Shown here: piece by piece, positions 35,616 through 45,292 of the stretch | Numbering within the stretch: position 1 is the first letter of the stretch | Layout of the letters: the number at the start of each line of letters is the position of its first letter | Origin: a virus | Taxonomy: Duplodnaviria; Caudoviricetes | DNA: 48,335 nucleotides | Reading direction: 5' to 3' (one strand) | Virus record (IMG/VR): IMGVR_UViG_3300014202_000218 | Location: 1 to 48,335 of that record | The notes under the pieces: model-generated | What the model saw: the letters and a program-made list of their open reading frames with translations, nothing else | Database searches by the model: none | Told to the model about the DNA's origin: nothing | Program-made: the position numbers and the translations under genes

Positions 35616-37901
35616 CTATCCTTCTGTAGTAGAAGTTGCAGATTGCGGTGCTTCACCAGCACCAGTTAATCCGGATGGATTCATAGTCTTCATCATCTGA
35701 GATTGCTCATGCTCAATATAATGCTGAATAGCCTGCTCGTATATCTCCGGAGGAAGGTTCATACCAACCTCAGATACGAGTATATTCTTCAGTACTTGCA
35801 TATGAACAGCGTCGTCATCTACTACAGCGTCGACAAAAATCTGTTCGCCGTTAAGTAGTTTATAGAACTCAGCGTGCTGCTTATTCCTGTCGTTCGCGCC
35901 AGGTATATATAGATCTGGTAGACCAGTATACTTCCGCATTACCTCCGAGTTATTAGGATGAAGAAGGATAGCATGAACCGTATCATCCTTCATTTCAATC
36001 ATCTTAGTAATAAAGTCTCTCTTCTGGGCCCAGGATGAGGGAAGAGTTTCATTCATATCAGGCTCAACTTGCCCAACCTTACCGAGAAGAGAGGATTTGT
36101 AAATCCATATATTGATATACGAGCCGTTACGCTTCTCCTGGAACTTCTCATCAGACTGAAGGTTCTCAGCATACTGAACTGAACCCTTATAGATGAATTT
36201 ATTCCAAAATACCTTTATAGTTCTCCACGGTATTTGTACACGCTGTAGTGCCTGTGCTCTAGACTGACGATATTCATCAGCCGTCTTGCTACCGGCTACA
36301 GACTGACCACCAAATAGAGATGGAAGAGCACCAGATACTAGCTGTCCTCTTGATTGTAGACCCTGAGCAAACGTGCTATATTCCCCTGACATCGTAGCTG
36401 TTTTAATAGTATGAAATCCATCTGCCAATGCTCTATCTGGAGCATATGGCATAGCAGGACTCATCATACCAGGCATAGCCTGAGACTCAGAGTACTTCTT
36501 AAGATTAACAGTCTTAGGATGTACAAATGTCTCAGGTATACCGAATTCTATAGACTGTAGACCGAGATTGAATATATCATTCTCTGCATCCTGGACAGGA
36601 ATAATAGCATTCCCAGCAGGCTCAGCATGAATAAACTCAGCTCTCGGATCTTCTGATACAGTCCATTCACGATCAAAGTCAGTATGCTCCTTCTCTACGA
36701 TAGTATCCCCAATAATAGAGGCTCTTAGGCCATTAGGGTACTTCTGAAGAAGAATATCCCGCTTTTCCACATCCTCTAGAGTATAATAGTACCAAGGTCT
36801 GAAATAGCAATGGCGTACTGTAGCCATATGCTTTGGAAACTCACCAAGATACTCTGGAGGGAGCCGTCCCCAGCGTTCATATGAGTCTAGATCCATCTTA
36901 TCAGTAAGAATCTCATCCTCGCCTAGACTTTCTTGATACTCAGCCCTGAATTTAGCTATATTATCATCAATACGAAGGATAATATAGCCCATTTCAGCTT
37001 GACTATGAGCATAGAGTGGGGCTTTTACTTCAGTAGGACCGTAGATTTCAAGTAAAGACATACCTTTTGGGGTATTATCCCACTCTACGACCTCATCTAC
37101 TACATCTATTCTCTCTGTAGGTTCACCAGGTGACTCCATACCACAGGATTCACAGGTAAACATCATTGGAGCAATACCTTCACCAGATGGGACGGCTGAT
37201 TCAAGCAATTCTCCACATCCAGGGCAACGATAATCTACTTCTTTTACTTCTTTCTGAACAGTCTTGCCAGCAGACTCGAATGTCCCATACGAAGGATCAT
37301 ACTTATACCGATTATGCCCAAATATAGTGCCCTTGTTCATGAGTATTACAAGGGCTTTAATCAGCAAAAGTGCTGCAGCATTCTTCTGTGATATCAGTTT
37401 ACCAATATTCTCAAATGCCTTCGCGCTTTCGACATCATCTGGATTATCAGCATCTTCAGGAGCAAACTCCACAGTAGGAGTCTCAACAGAGAGAGCAGCT
37501 ATAATACTCTCAATCCATGCCCTGTAAACGTTGATAATCTTAACATTCCCATTAATACCGTTTTTCTGGAGTTCTTCCAGGACAGTATTAATATTTCTAT
37601 AATCCCTAGCAATGGGATCAAAGAAGATATTCTGGATATTGTTAAAGTAGTAGGTATTCCTCTTATATATGTTAACAAGAGGGATCCTCAGGTCCTTATC
37701 TTCTTCTTCAGCTATAGTAATAAGATCAAAAATAGCCTCTTTGCAGAGTTCTTCCTCTGCTTCAAGGTCATCTTCTGCATCTTGCTGAGCCTGAAGAACC
37801 TCAGGATCTGGTGTAATATCTTCCTCAGGTACAATAGCCTCTTCTTGAGGCTCTTCTTCCTGAAGTATATCCAGATCTTCTTCTATCGGAGGAAATGCCA
37901 T
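35616..37901 (-). CDS. Portal protein (with inserted Zn-ribbon)
   Basis: 761 aa after terminase; IINVYRAWIESIIAALS, P....D..SA, IIPVQD..N, DDDAVH. Confidence 0.85.
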   Translation of the reverse strand: MAFPPIEEDLDILQEEEPQEEAIVPEEDITPDPEVLQAQQDAEDDLEAEEELCKEAIFDLITIAEEEDKDLRIPLVNIYKRNTYYFNNIQNIFFDPIARDYRNINTVLEELQKNGINGNVKIINVYRAWIESIIAALSVETPTVEFAPEDADNPDDVESAKAFENIGKLISQKNAAALLLIKALVILMNKGTIFGHNRYKYDPSYGTFESAGKTVQKEVKEVDYRCPGCGELLESAVPSGEGIAPMMFTCESCGMESPGEPTERIDVVDEVVEWDNTPKGMSLLEIYGPTEVKAPLYAHSQAEMGYIILRIDDNIAKFRAEYQESLGEDEILTDKMDLDSYERWGRLPPEYLGEFPKHMATVRHCYFRPWYYYTLEDVEKRDILLQKYPNGLRASIIGDTIVEKEHTDFDREWTVSEDPRAEFIHAEPAGNAIIPVQDAENDIFNLGLQSIEFGIPETFVHPKTVNLKKYSESQAMPGMMSPAMPYAPDRALADGFHTIKTATMSGEYSTFAQGLQSRGQLVSGALPSLFGGQSVAGSKTADEYRQSRAQALQRVQIPWRTIKVFWNKFIYKGSVQYAENLQSDEKFQEKRNGSYINIWIYKSSLLGKVGQVEPDMNETLPSSWAQKRDFITKMIEMKDDTVHAILLHPNNSEVMRKYTGLPDLYIPGANDRNKQHAEFYKLLNGEQIFVDAVVDDDAVHMQVLKNILVSEVGMNLPPEIYEQAIQHYIEHEQSQMMKTMNPSGLTGAGEAPQSATSTTEG

Positions 37902-38230
37902 TACTGTTTCCTTGCGTTAAGAGATTCTTCGAACTTTCGTTCAGCTTCCGTAAGCTCAGGATCTTTAGATTTCTTACTAGCTATACTAGCTGCTTCTCTC
38001 CTCAAACTCGACATCGTAGTAATGCGTCGAAGTGGGAGATAATTCTCATCATCTACTGCACTCTGCTGGTCAACGGCTAGTATTCCAGAGCGAATAAGAA
38101 GAAGCCTCTCATAATAATCTCGCTTCTCCCGCTCAATATCTAGCCATTCTCTCAGTAGGAGGCAAGACTTACATTCCCTACCTTCTTCCCCTACCAATTC
38201 TACGGTGACCGGCGACTGTATATATCTCAT
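37901..38230 (-). CDS. Hypothetical protein (start uncertain)
   Basis: CKSC plus coiled coil; stop coupled to the portal start. Confidence 0.6.
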   Translation of the reverse strand: MRYIQSPVTVELVGEEGRECKSCLLLREWLDIEREKRDYYERLLLIRSGILAVDQQSAVDDENYLPLRRITTMSSLRREAASIASKKSKDPELTEAERKFEESLNARKQ

Positions 38231-39842
38231 CGTCGCTTTCACCGGACTCACTAAGACGTTCAAGCTCACGGTAATAAGCCGTCTGAGATTGAGCAGTACG
38301 TATCGCATTTAGCTTCTCTATTTTCTCCATCTGTTCCATGCGAGCTTTAGACTCATCATAGAACTTATGGGCAGCTCTCACTATAGCACGGAGAGCATCA
38401 TAAGGATCATCACCAGGAAACTCTGCAACATCTTCAGGATTATGCTCATCGGGTATACACATCGGTATAACATCAATGAGCTCCTTTGCCTCTCTACCCT
38501 CCAGCGAACGAAAGAATATTTGCAAGCGCGGGATATTCTTCTCTTCCTCCACAGTAGCAAAGATCTGAAGATATTCGTTATAAGACTCTTCGCCCTTATT
38601 CCTCAGAATCCAACCAGCTAGAGTCTGGTCATATCTCATATTATGAGTAGCTACTACTGGCTTCTGCTGCCAGCGTAGAAACTCATGAATCATCTTCTTA
38701 CCACCGATACGATCTTTCTCTGCCAGCCGTATTTGATATTTTCCCTCGAACGCGTTGTATATCTGCTCTCGAATCGTTAACGGCTCACCTCTATGCTGAT
38801 TAGCAGAGTGACAAACAACAACATCTTCTAGTACTTCATCACCAGTAAATGTTAGAATGTCCTTACTCCACACCTCAATAAGAGTCTTAACCCATGCAGC
38901 CGTCCTGTAGATATACAATCTACCATCCGGAGATACAGCGCCCCAGATAGCAAATGTCATTGCTGCCCATCCCCAATCTATCGCTAGTATTCTGGGCCAC
39001 CATGATGGAATCTCAAATGGAGCAATAACATGTACTGCATTCTCTGGTTCATCAGCCAGTCGCATGACTCGGAACTCAGAGAATACTTGACCCTCATATG
39101 AGTTCCAGTCACCATAAAGCTTAGCTTTCTTTTCTACTTCCGGTAGACCTTCGAGCCGTACCAGGTATCCTGGGTCATTCTTAGTAAGATACGGATTATC
39201 CTTACCTAGGAATGGAACATATATTCTTTTCTGTCCAGTCTTCTTATCCTGTATAATCCTCTGACCTAGCGGGAACGGCTCAACGAATCTTTCTTTAAAG
39301 AATGCATGGCCAACATTGCCTGGATTCGTGAAAGCTCTAACAATTGCTGGGAGGTCAGGTGATGAACTCCTACAACGAGATATTGACAAGTAGAGATATT
39401 GGAAACCTGTAAAGTGTGTTGACTCATCCCAATCAATGTAGTTATACTCAGCGGAGTCGTATTTACGGACGTCTTGTTCTCTCTCCGCATGGCCATTTTG
39501 AATCCTAGCTCCAGAAGGAAACTTCCATACCTTCTTAGTATCGTTGTAGACGGCTCCCATAGGAGCATACCACTCATGCTGGCGAGGAACTATTTCTTTC
39601 TCTAGATCCGTAGCTAGCCGTCTCATAACCAATCCCTTGAACTTAGGATGTTCAGTGAATTGGCGAGCCGGAGGTATCATTATACCAAGATCAGTCTTAC
39701 CACCACCTGCTGCTCCGCCACCTAGAGCTTCGAATACAGTATCAGGAAGACGTAGAACATCATTCTGACGCTGAGTAGGAATCCACTCCTTCAATATTAC
39801 TGGAGTAGCATTTCCAACCTCAGTTACATTGAGTTCTGACAT
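38178..39842 (-). CDS. terL: Terminase large subunit
   Basis: PT.RQ, GGAAGGGKT, YIDWDE, TNPG, AIDWG, DDPYDALR. Confidence 0.95.
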   Translation of the reverse strand: MSELNVTEVGNATPVILKEWIPTQRQNDVLRLPDTVFEALGGGAAGGGKTDLGIMIPPARQFTEHPKFKGLVMRRLATDLEKEIVPRQHEWYAPMGAVYNDTKKVWKFPSGARIQNGHAEREQDVRKYDSAEYNYIDWDESTHFTGFQYLYLSISRCRSSSPDLPAIVRAFTNPGNVGHAFFKERFVEPFPLGQRIIQDKKTGQKRIYVPFLGKDNPYLTKNDPGYLVRLEGLPEVEKKAKLYGDWNSYEGQVFSEFRVMRLADEPENAVHVIAPFEIPSWWPRILAIDWGWAAMTFAIWGAVSPDGRLYIYRTAAWVKTLIEVWSKDILTFTGDEVLEDVVVCHSANQHRGEPLTIREQIYNAFEGKYQIRLAEKDRIGGKKMIHEFLRWQQKPVVATHNMRYDQTLAGWILRNKGEESYNEYLQIFATVEEEKNIPRLQIFFRSLEGREAKELIDVIPMCIPDEHNPEDVAEFPGDDPYDALRAIVRAAHKFYDESKARMEQMEKIEKLNAIRTAQSQTAYYRELERLSESGESDDEIYTVAGHRRIGRGRR

Positions 39843-40134
39843 CTTTACCTGCTAACTCGTATACGTAATCCAGATGTTCATCGCAGAGAGTGGCCATACA
39901 ATCGTTAATACGTCCGGTATCTATGAAGAGAACGACGTATTCCGCTAGTTCGTAACAATACTCATGCGTACAGGCTATAGGTGGAATACTATCATTTATC
40001 TTCTTTATTAGTATTCTACCACCTACAGCCCTAATGATAGTATGGAGAGATAACTCCTTAAGACTGAGTGGAATATTTCGCTCCTCTATTATCCCTTCTA
40101 CAGGAACAATAGACTTAATCATCTCTCCATACAT
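39820..40134 (-). CDS. Hypothetical Zn-binding protein
   Basis: C...C.....LCDEH. Confidence 0.6.
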   Translation of the reverse strand: MYGEMIKSIVPVEGIIEERNIPLSLKELSLHTIIRAVGGRILIKKINDSIPPIACTHEYCYELAEYVVLFIDTGRINDCMATLCDEHLDYVYELAGKDVRTQCN

Positions 40135-40140
40135 AATAGC

Positions 40141-40302
40141 CTACTTTCCGTTCCAAGAACTCCACATCTTATCAACCTTAACTTCAATAGATGTGATCCG
40201 ATTCTCCAACCGATTCGTAGCAAGGAATATAGCTACCAAGACTGAAAATATTTGAAGGATAATCCCAAGATTTACTGTCATGTCTATTCTAGGTCCCGTC
40301 AT
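40141..40302 (-). CDS. Small membrane protein, holin-like (not in ORF track)
   Basis: MTGPRIDMTVNLGIILQIFSVLVAIFLATNRLENRITSIEVKVDKMW...: one TM helix plus coiled coil, next to the endolysin. Confidence 0.65.
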   Translation of the reverse strand: MTGPRIDMTVNLGIILQIFSVLVAIFLATNRLENRITSIEVKVDKMWSSWNGK

Positions 40303-40312
40303 ACCTGCTCCG

Positions 40313-40618
40313 TTATCTCAGGTCATACTCGATGTGAAGGTGCTCATTAGCTTTACCTTCATCTTCAAGTACAAACTGGTATGCTTTATTAGCCAGCCGT
40401 CTTTTAGTTACAGATATAAGCTTTCTCTTTACATCTTTAGGTAGATGCTTCGTTCTAAAATCCAAAGCATTACCAGTATAATGTAAAGAGCCCTTCATGT
40501 GCTTGCTGTCATTAGCTGACGTAAGAGTTGTATTAATCCCAAGCTCCCCGCAAGCATTAGCAACGGCTGCAAATATAGTGTACCCTTTAGGCTGTACAGA
40601 GGATTTAACATATACCAT
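40313..40618 (-). CDS. Peptidase M15-like endolysin
   Basis: TSAND..H...SLHYTGNALDFR...HLHIE Zn motifs. Confidence 0.85.
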   Translation of the reverse strand: MVYVKSSVQPKGYTIFAAVANACGELGINTTLTSANDSKHMKGSLHYTGNALDFRTKHLPKDVKRKLISVTKRRLANKAYQFVLEDEGKANEHLHIEYDLR

Positions 40619-40619
40619 A

Positions 40620-41519
40620 TTACATTCTCTTTATAATTGCCATACCACCAAACCCATTACCACTTCCAGCAGGAGGTCCGGGTGGATCAGGGTCTCCCTC
40701 TCCATCATTCCAGGTAGCATCAAAGTCATCATCGTATTCAAAAGCGCCAATCTGTTGCTTATGAACACCGCCATCGGGGTCAAGGCCCATATTAGGGAAA
40801 TACCCAACTCCAACGACATTACTATTAGCTGCCGGATTAATTACTACTCCACAAGATTCAAGAGTTGGAGAACCAAAAACATCAGTATTAATCCACATTC
40901 TCATGCAGCCGTCAGCCACATTGCTTGAGCTGCTGAATGTCCAAGACATCTGAACGTTGTGCCATTGATTTAAAGCATAAACAAATCCAGTTTCTTCTAA
41001 GCCATCTCCACCATCAATAGCAAGTAAGAACTTAACTGGTGTGCCCCCGGATGTATTTATTTCATACCCAGGAATAAATCTATCTGGGTTTCCATTCTGA
41101 GTAATCATCCACTTAACTGTCATCCTTGTGGATGTGCCATCTGACCAGTTAAGTGATAGCCCATTATTATCACTAGGAAAGCGGACCTTAATCCGCATAT
41201 ACCTAATATCACCATAGGTAGGATTAGTTCCTATGGTCATTCCATCAAAGCCGTACCCGAACTGTCCGCCGTAACCGTTACCTGCTGCTGGAGCTACGTG
41301 AGCTACTTGCTCTAGCTCTACATACGGACCATTATCTGGACCACCAGTAGAGAAATGGTTTATATTCCAAAGATCTGTATCCCTATCTACTACGGCTCCA
41401 CCTACAGAATCAAAGTTATAATCAGGAGCCGCACCAGAACTAAAGTCTGCTACGAATAACGGCTGCCCGTATGCTGGAGTATATAGAAGGAGTAGTATAA
41501 TAGGTAATACTTTTTTCAT
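40620..41519 (-). CDS. Signal-peptide protein with lectin/LamG-like beta-sandwich
   Basis: MKKVLPIILLLLYTPAYG|Q; LNQWHNVQM...DG.MRMWIN; TAATG coupling gives start 41519. Confidence 0.7.
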   Translation of the reverse strand: MKKVLPIILLLLYTPAYGQPLFVADFSSGAAPDYNFDSVGGAVVDRDTDLWNINHFSTGGPDNGPYVELEQVAHVAPAAGNGYGGQFGYGFDGMTIGTNPTYGDIRYMRIKVRFPSDNNGLSLNWSDGTSTRMTVKWMITQNGNPDRFIPGYEINTSGGTPVKFLLAIDGGDGLEETGFVYALNQWHNVQMSWTFSSSSNVADGCMRMWINTDVFGSPTLESCGVVINPAANSNVVGVGYFPNMGLDPDGGVHKQQIGAFEYDDDFDATWNDGEGDPDPPGPPAGSGNGFGGMAIIKRM

Positions 41520-42262
41520 TAGTGTACCAAACCTCTTAGAGCACCACCACAACACCTAGAACTACCACCTCCACCTACTGTACCTTGAAAAGCTACTAAG
41601 TCTAATACAGTATCTTCGTTTGCAGAGCTTGTTAAGTTCCAAGCTTCAGTTACAGTGGTACCTGTTACAATACGGTACGACCATCGCATTGTACCGTTAG
41701 TTTCCTGCCCAATGTTTGTGAAACTTCCATCATCAGTCCATATTGCTGAACCAGTTGTATTACTAAGTAAACCAATTAGGATAGTTTCATTTACTGTCGT
41801 AACAACATCTGTAGAACTATGCGTCGTTGTAGCACTTGTAGTATTCGTTGCGCTGTCATCTATAACAGTCGGGTCTGGCATACCAGCCAATTCAATGGCT
41901 TGAGTGAAATCTCCATCAAATGTGCTGCCAGAGAGTGTAACTGTAATATTGGCTGTTGGGGTAGAACACACCCTCGAATACATATACCCATCAATGCCAC
42001 CCTGTTGAGAGGCACGTTGAGTCATTGCATCCGACCCTAATACTACTGATGTAACAGTACGTGTGTTATGAGTGGATGTAAATACAACAATAACCGTATT
42101 ACCAGTCGTACACGAAGAAGAGAATGAGTGAGTATTTACTCCAGCCGCATAAATAACTCCATCTTCAGCCGTTGAGGTCTGAACAATAGTTACTGCTGCA
42201 CTAGAGTAATTTGGCGCACTAAACAGCAGTAAAGCTACAACTAGAGCTTTAATACTGCGCAT
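41519..42262 (-). CDS. Signal-peptide protein, Thr-rich beta domain
   Basis: MRSIKALVVALLLFSAPNYSSA|AVTIVQ. Confidence 0.7.
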   Translation of the reverse strand: MRSIKALVVALLLFSAPNYSSAAVTIVQTSTAEDGVIYAAGVNTHSFSSSCTTGNTVIVVFTSTHNTRTVTSVVLGSDAMTQRASQQGGIDGYMYSRVCSTPTANITVTLSGSTFDGDFTQAIELAGMPDPTVIDDSATNTTSATTTHSSTDVVTTVNETILIGLLSNTTGSAIWTDDGSFTNIGQETNGTMRWSYRIVTGTTVTEAWNLTSSANEDTVLDLVAFQGTVGGGGSSRCCGGALRGLVH

Positions 42263-43790
42263 AAGTCACTTCACCGTTTATCTGAATGGCTCCGGAAGTC
42301 TCAATACAAAGAGCGTCAGCAGCATCAGTTTTAGTAATCATTCCAAGACCAGAACCACGAGATACGCCTAAAAGACCAGTAGTAGTAGAGAATGCAAATG
42401 TACCAGTAACAGACTCTTCATCAGTAGCACAAGCCGTTCCGGTGCCCTTTACTAGTCTTACATCTACAGTAGCCTCAGCCGTAATCACATAAGAGCAAAC
42501 GTATATGGTAGTCGTGCTAGAAATAGCTACAAGTTGAGTGTTGCCACTAGCAGCCGTATTAATAATAGCAACGTTATTACAAGCTACTCCTGGAGAAATT
42601 GCAATTCCATTTGTATCGACATTTAGAATTTTAAGTGAACCTTTTGCATCAAGCTGAACATCACCTCTATCACCGTCATCAAGGGTAATAGGAGTAGCAT
42701 TATACCTACCACCAACCTTTACTGGATTCCCGGAGTCAGCACTATTATTGGCTATACCTCCACCAGTAAGAGTTGTAAGAGTAGCTACGTTCCAAGTACC
42801 AGACTGAGTTGCTGGAAATGTACCGCCAGTACCAGTAACAAGCCATGCAGTTGTATTAGCCGTATTCCCAGGCTGAAAAGTCCACGTTCCACTCTGAGCA
42901 GCTTGTGTAGCAAACGTACCAGCATTAGTTACAGCATGAGATGGAACGGAAGCTAGTGAAACAGGAAGAGTAGTAATAGCCGAAGAACCATCAGAGAGTC
43001 TAACAAATGCTGGAGTCCCAACAGGAGCATCAACAGTAAGTGAGCCACTATTGTCAGTGATTGGAATTGCTGACTGATTTGATGCAATAGTAACTGGGAG
43101 AGAAGCAGACATTGTAGTCTGCCCAAAGGTCAATCTTGCCCATGCAGAGCCATCATGAATAAAGTTCAGGTTATTAACCGTGTCACTCGTCTGACCCTGA
43201 GCAATAGTAGCAGCATCAGCATCAGTATTAGTAGCACTAGCAGTAACACTACCACTAATAATATCTACCTGCACCTCAGTACCAGCAACGGCACCTGCAA
43301 GTGTAGCAAGATGAGTAGTCTGGTTCTGTTGTTCAGTAAGAGATGCGTCTCCACCACCAGTAATAGAAGCAGTAGAACGAAGTGGTGCCGAGCCTCTCAG
43401 TACCTTATAGGTAGCATTACCACTAATAGCACTCGCTCTTATACGTACAAACTTATATCCAGGATTGGTAAAGAACTTCGGAGAGACATCTGCAGTAGTA
43501 GATGATGCACCATCAACATCATCTATTAGAGCCGTCCACGTTCCAGTGGTAAGAGACGTAGCATCAAGGCTATACTCAAACTGAAACGTTCCAGACGTAC
43601 CAATATCAATAATAATACCGATAGAAGGAATACCCTTCATATCAATGAGCTCAGAACAACGCGTGCTAACACTACAATCAGCACCAGCCGTTGTAATGGA
43701 GCCTTCTTTTATTGTCTGGGCGCTTAGTCCAGAGACGGCTAGAAGGCTAAGTGCTATAGCTACAACTGATATCTTCATCTTTTTTATCAT
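42249..43790 (-). CDS. Signal-peptide fiber/spike-like protein
   Basis: MIKKMKISVVAIALSLLAVSGLSA|Q; QSGTW repeats; jelly-roll-like terminal domains. Confidence 0.7.
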   Translation of the reverse strand: MIKKMKISVVAIALSLLAVSGLSAQTIKEGSITTAGADCSVSTRCSELIDMKGIPSIGIIIDIGTSGTFQFEYSLDATSLTTGTWTALIDDVDGASSTTADVSPKFFTNPGYKFVRIRASAISGNATYKVLRGSAPLRSTASITGGGDASLTEQQNQTTHLATLAGAVAGTEVQVDIISGSVTASATNTDADAATIAQGQTSDTVNNLNFIHDGSAWARLTFGQTTMSASLPVTIASNQSAIPITDNSGSLTVDAPVGTPAFVRLSDGSSAITTLPVSLASVPSHAVTNAGTFATQAAQSGTWTFQPGNTANTTAWLVTGTGGTFPATQSGTWNVATLTTLTGGGIANNSADSGNPVKVGGRYNATPITLDDGDRGDVQLDAKGSLKILNVDTNGIAISPGVACNNVAIINTAASGNTQLVAISSTTTIYVCSYVITAEATVDVRLVKGTGTACATDEESVTGTFAFSTTTGLLGVSRGSGLGMITKTDAADALCIETSGAIQINGEVTYAQY

Positions 43791-43809
43791 TATACTCTCT
43801 CTACCAATC

Positions 43810-44352
43810 CTATCCAACAAGAATAGTCTCGTAATCCCTCTCACTTCGGAGCGGCTGGACTACTATCTGAACCATTGTCTTAGGCCCAGCCTCTTCGTCC
43901 TTACCCTTCTTCGTATCCTTGAGATTAGATGCTATCTTAGACATATCTACAGCTAGTTTAGAGAGGTCCTTTAGTTTTATATCCCTGACTCCCTCTCCAG
44001 TAATCCTAGGCTGGATGGCCTCTATCGACTGCATCATTACATCAAGGGCTTTTTCATGAGCCGCATCAATAGTTCTCTCTACCGATGTAATATCCCTCAG
44101 CCGTTCGTCTAGTCTATTCCCCACTAGACCTTTACTGCTCTTAGATACCGTCGCTTGACTTATCTCTAGAGCCTCCGACACATCCTTCCCACTCTCACCC
44201 ATATTAGAGAGCCGTCCTGCCAGTGCTCTAACACTATCAGGAATCTCACTTCCACCTTCTGGCCGTCCTGGCCTAGCACTCTTTACTATTACATGGACAA
44301 GATTATCCTGACTATCCATCCGCCCAAACAATTCGTCGTCCGATAGTATCAT
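43810..44352 (-). CDS. HTH protein, candidate terminase small subunit
   Basis: SGKDVSEALEISQATVS HTH, helical oligomerisation region; first late gene. Confidence 0.55.
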   Translation of the reverse strand: MILSDDELFGRMDSQDNLVHVIVKSARPGRPEGGSEIPDSVRALAGRLSNMGESGKDVSEALEISQATVSKSSKGLVGNRLDERLRDITSVERTIDAAHEKALDVMMQSIEAIQPRITGEGVRDIKLKDLSKLAVDMSKIASNLKDTKKGKDEEAGPKTMVQIVVQPLRSERDYETILVG

Positions 44353-44411
44353 AATCTTACCCACTTAATACTACATGCTAGCAACGTTCTGACACACCTA
44401 GCCGATGCACT

Positions 44412-44422
44412 AGCATACCACA
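44412..44422 (-). promoter_or_regulatory. Extended -10 element upstream of the late operon
   Basis: TGTGGTATGCT on the - strand; resembles TGTGGTATACT at 75-85. Confidence 0.4.
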
Positions 44423-44815
44423 AAACGGTAACATTTTACCCACTGTTTTCCTAGGGATTCTTCACCTTCCGAACACCTCATCTATTGAGTACGCTCAGAT
44501 TCTGAACATACTCTCTTTTTCATTATATTATTCTGTTCTTTCCTAGGTTCTTACTAAATAGGGGACCCTTTTCTAGGATTGATAGGCAGCGGAAGGTTGT
44601 ATCTCAGCAATTATTATGCCAATATGGTACCACAAAATATGGTGTATGGGGTAGGGTGGAACCACTAGGTATAGTATATGAATGGTATCAATACACATTC
44701 GCCTCATGTTCGTATCAATACAATACGGTACTAAGTATATGATAGCAAAGGACTTATGGCTAAGCTCATGTATATCGTATGAGAACAGTGTATATATTAC
44801 GCGTTCCACTATAGA

Positions 44816-44866
44816 ACACACTACATATGGTATGCCTGATTTGAGATACACACTACATATGGTATG
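44816..44866 (+). repeat. Two perfect 19-bp direct repeats, 32-bp period
   Basis: acacactacatatggtatg at 44816-44834 and 44848-44866. Confidence 0.9.
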
Positions 44867-44882
44867 GTTTTCTGAGAAAACA

Positions 44883-44898
44883 TGGCACGGCTGATGCT
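44883..44898 (+). promoter_or_regulatory. Sigma54-like -24/-12 element
   Basis: TGGCACGgctgaTGCT versus consensus TGGCACG-N4-TTGCW. Confidence 0.45.
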
Positions 44899-44944
44899 CT
44901 ATATACTGATGTCGGGAGTTGGTGAGAACAAGGCAGTAGAGGAT

Positions 44945-44973
44945 TTGACATCCTCACTCGATTCTGCTAAGAT
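44945..44973 (+). promoter_or_regulatory. Strong sigma70 promoter P1
   Basis: TTGACA-17-TAAGAT with extended TG. Confidence 0.85.
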
Positions 44974-45050
44974 TCTCTAGTCGGTTGCAAGTAACACTCA
45001 GGTTCCGTTAATTCGGGAGTAGTCCTGAGATAAACGCGAAAGCGGCTGAT

Positions 45051-45079
45051 TTGACAAACGACACGGGAAGTAGTAAGAT
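45051..45079 (+). promoter_or_regulatory. Strong sigma70 promoter P2
   Basis: TTGACA-17-TAAGAT. Confidence 0.85.
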
Positions 45080-45103
45080 AGTCTGGTAAGTCGGAAGTAA
45101 GAC

Positions 45104-45153
45104 ACAAGCAATAACTGACCGCTAGGCGTTATTACTTGTTCGCTCTTTGACAA
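45104..45153 (+). promoter_or_regulatory. Hairpin plus boxA antitermination element
   Basis: acaagcaataac/gttattacttgt stem followed by CGCTCTTTGACAA (rrn boxA is TGCTCTTTAACAA). Confidence 0.75.
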
Positions 45154-45292
45154 TTGAATACTATCAGCGCGATTGCCAGCTAGTATAGGCAACATGCACC
45201 GATAAGACTAGATGATGTTTATCTAGGGATACCGGATAATGCCAACTATACTAATCCAAGATAAGGCGGAAAATGGCAACGTGAGCATAGAA

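Noticed and set aside
18472-43956. Numerous + strand ORFs inside the late region (and - strand ORFs in the early region)
   Set aside because: Antisense shadows of long genes with low-complexity translations and no RBS
44573-45195. ORFs 44573-44851, 44682-44894 and 44998-45195
   Set aside because: They overlap repeats and promoters, have atypical composition and lack an RBS; likely non-coding
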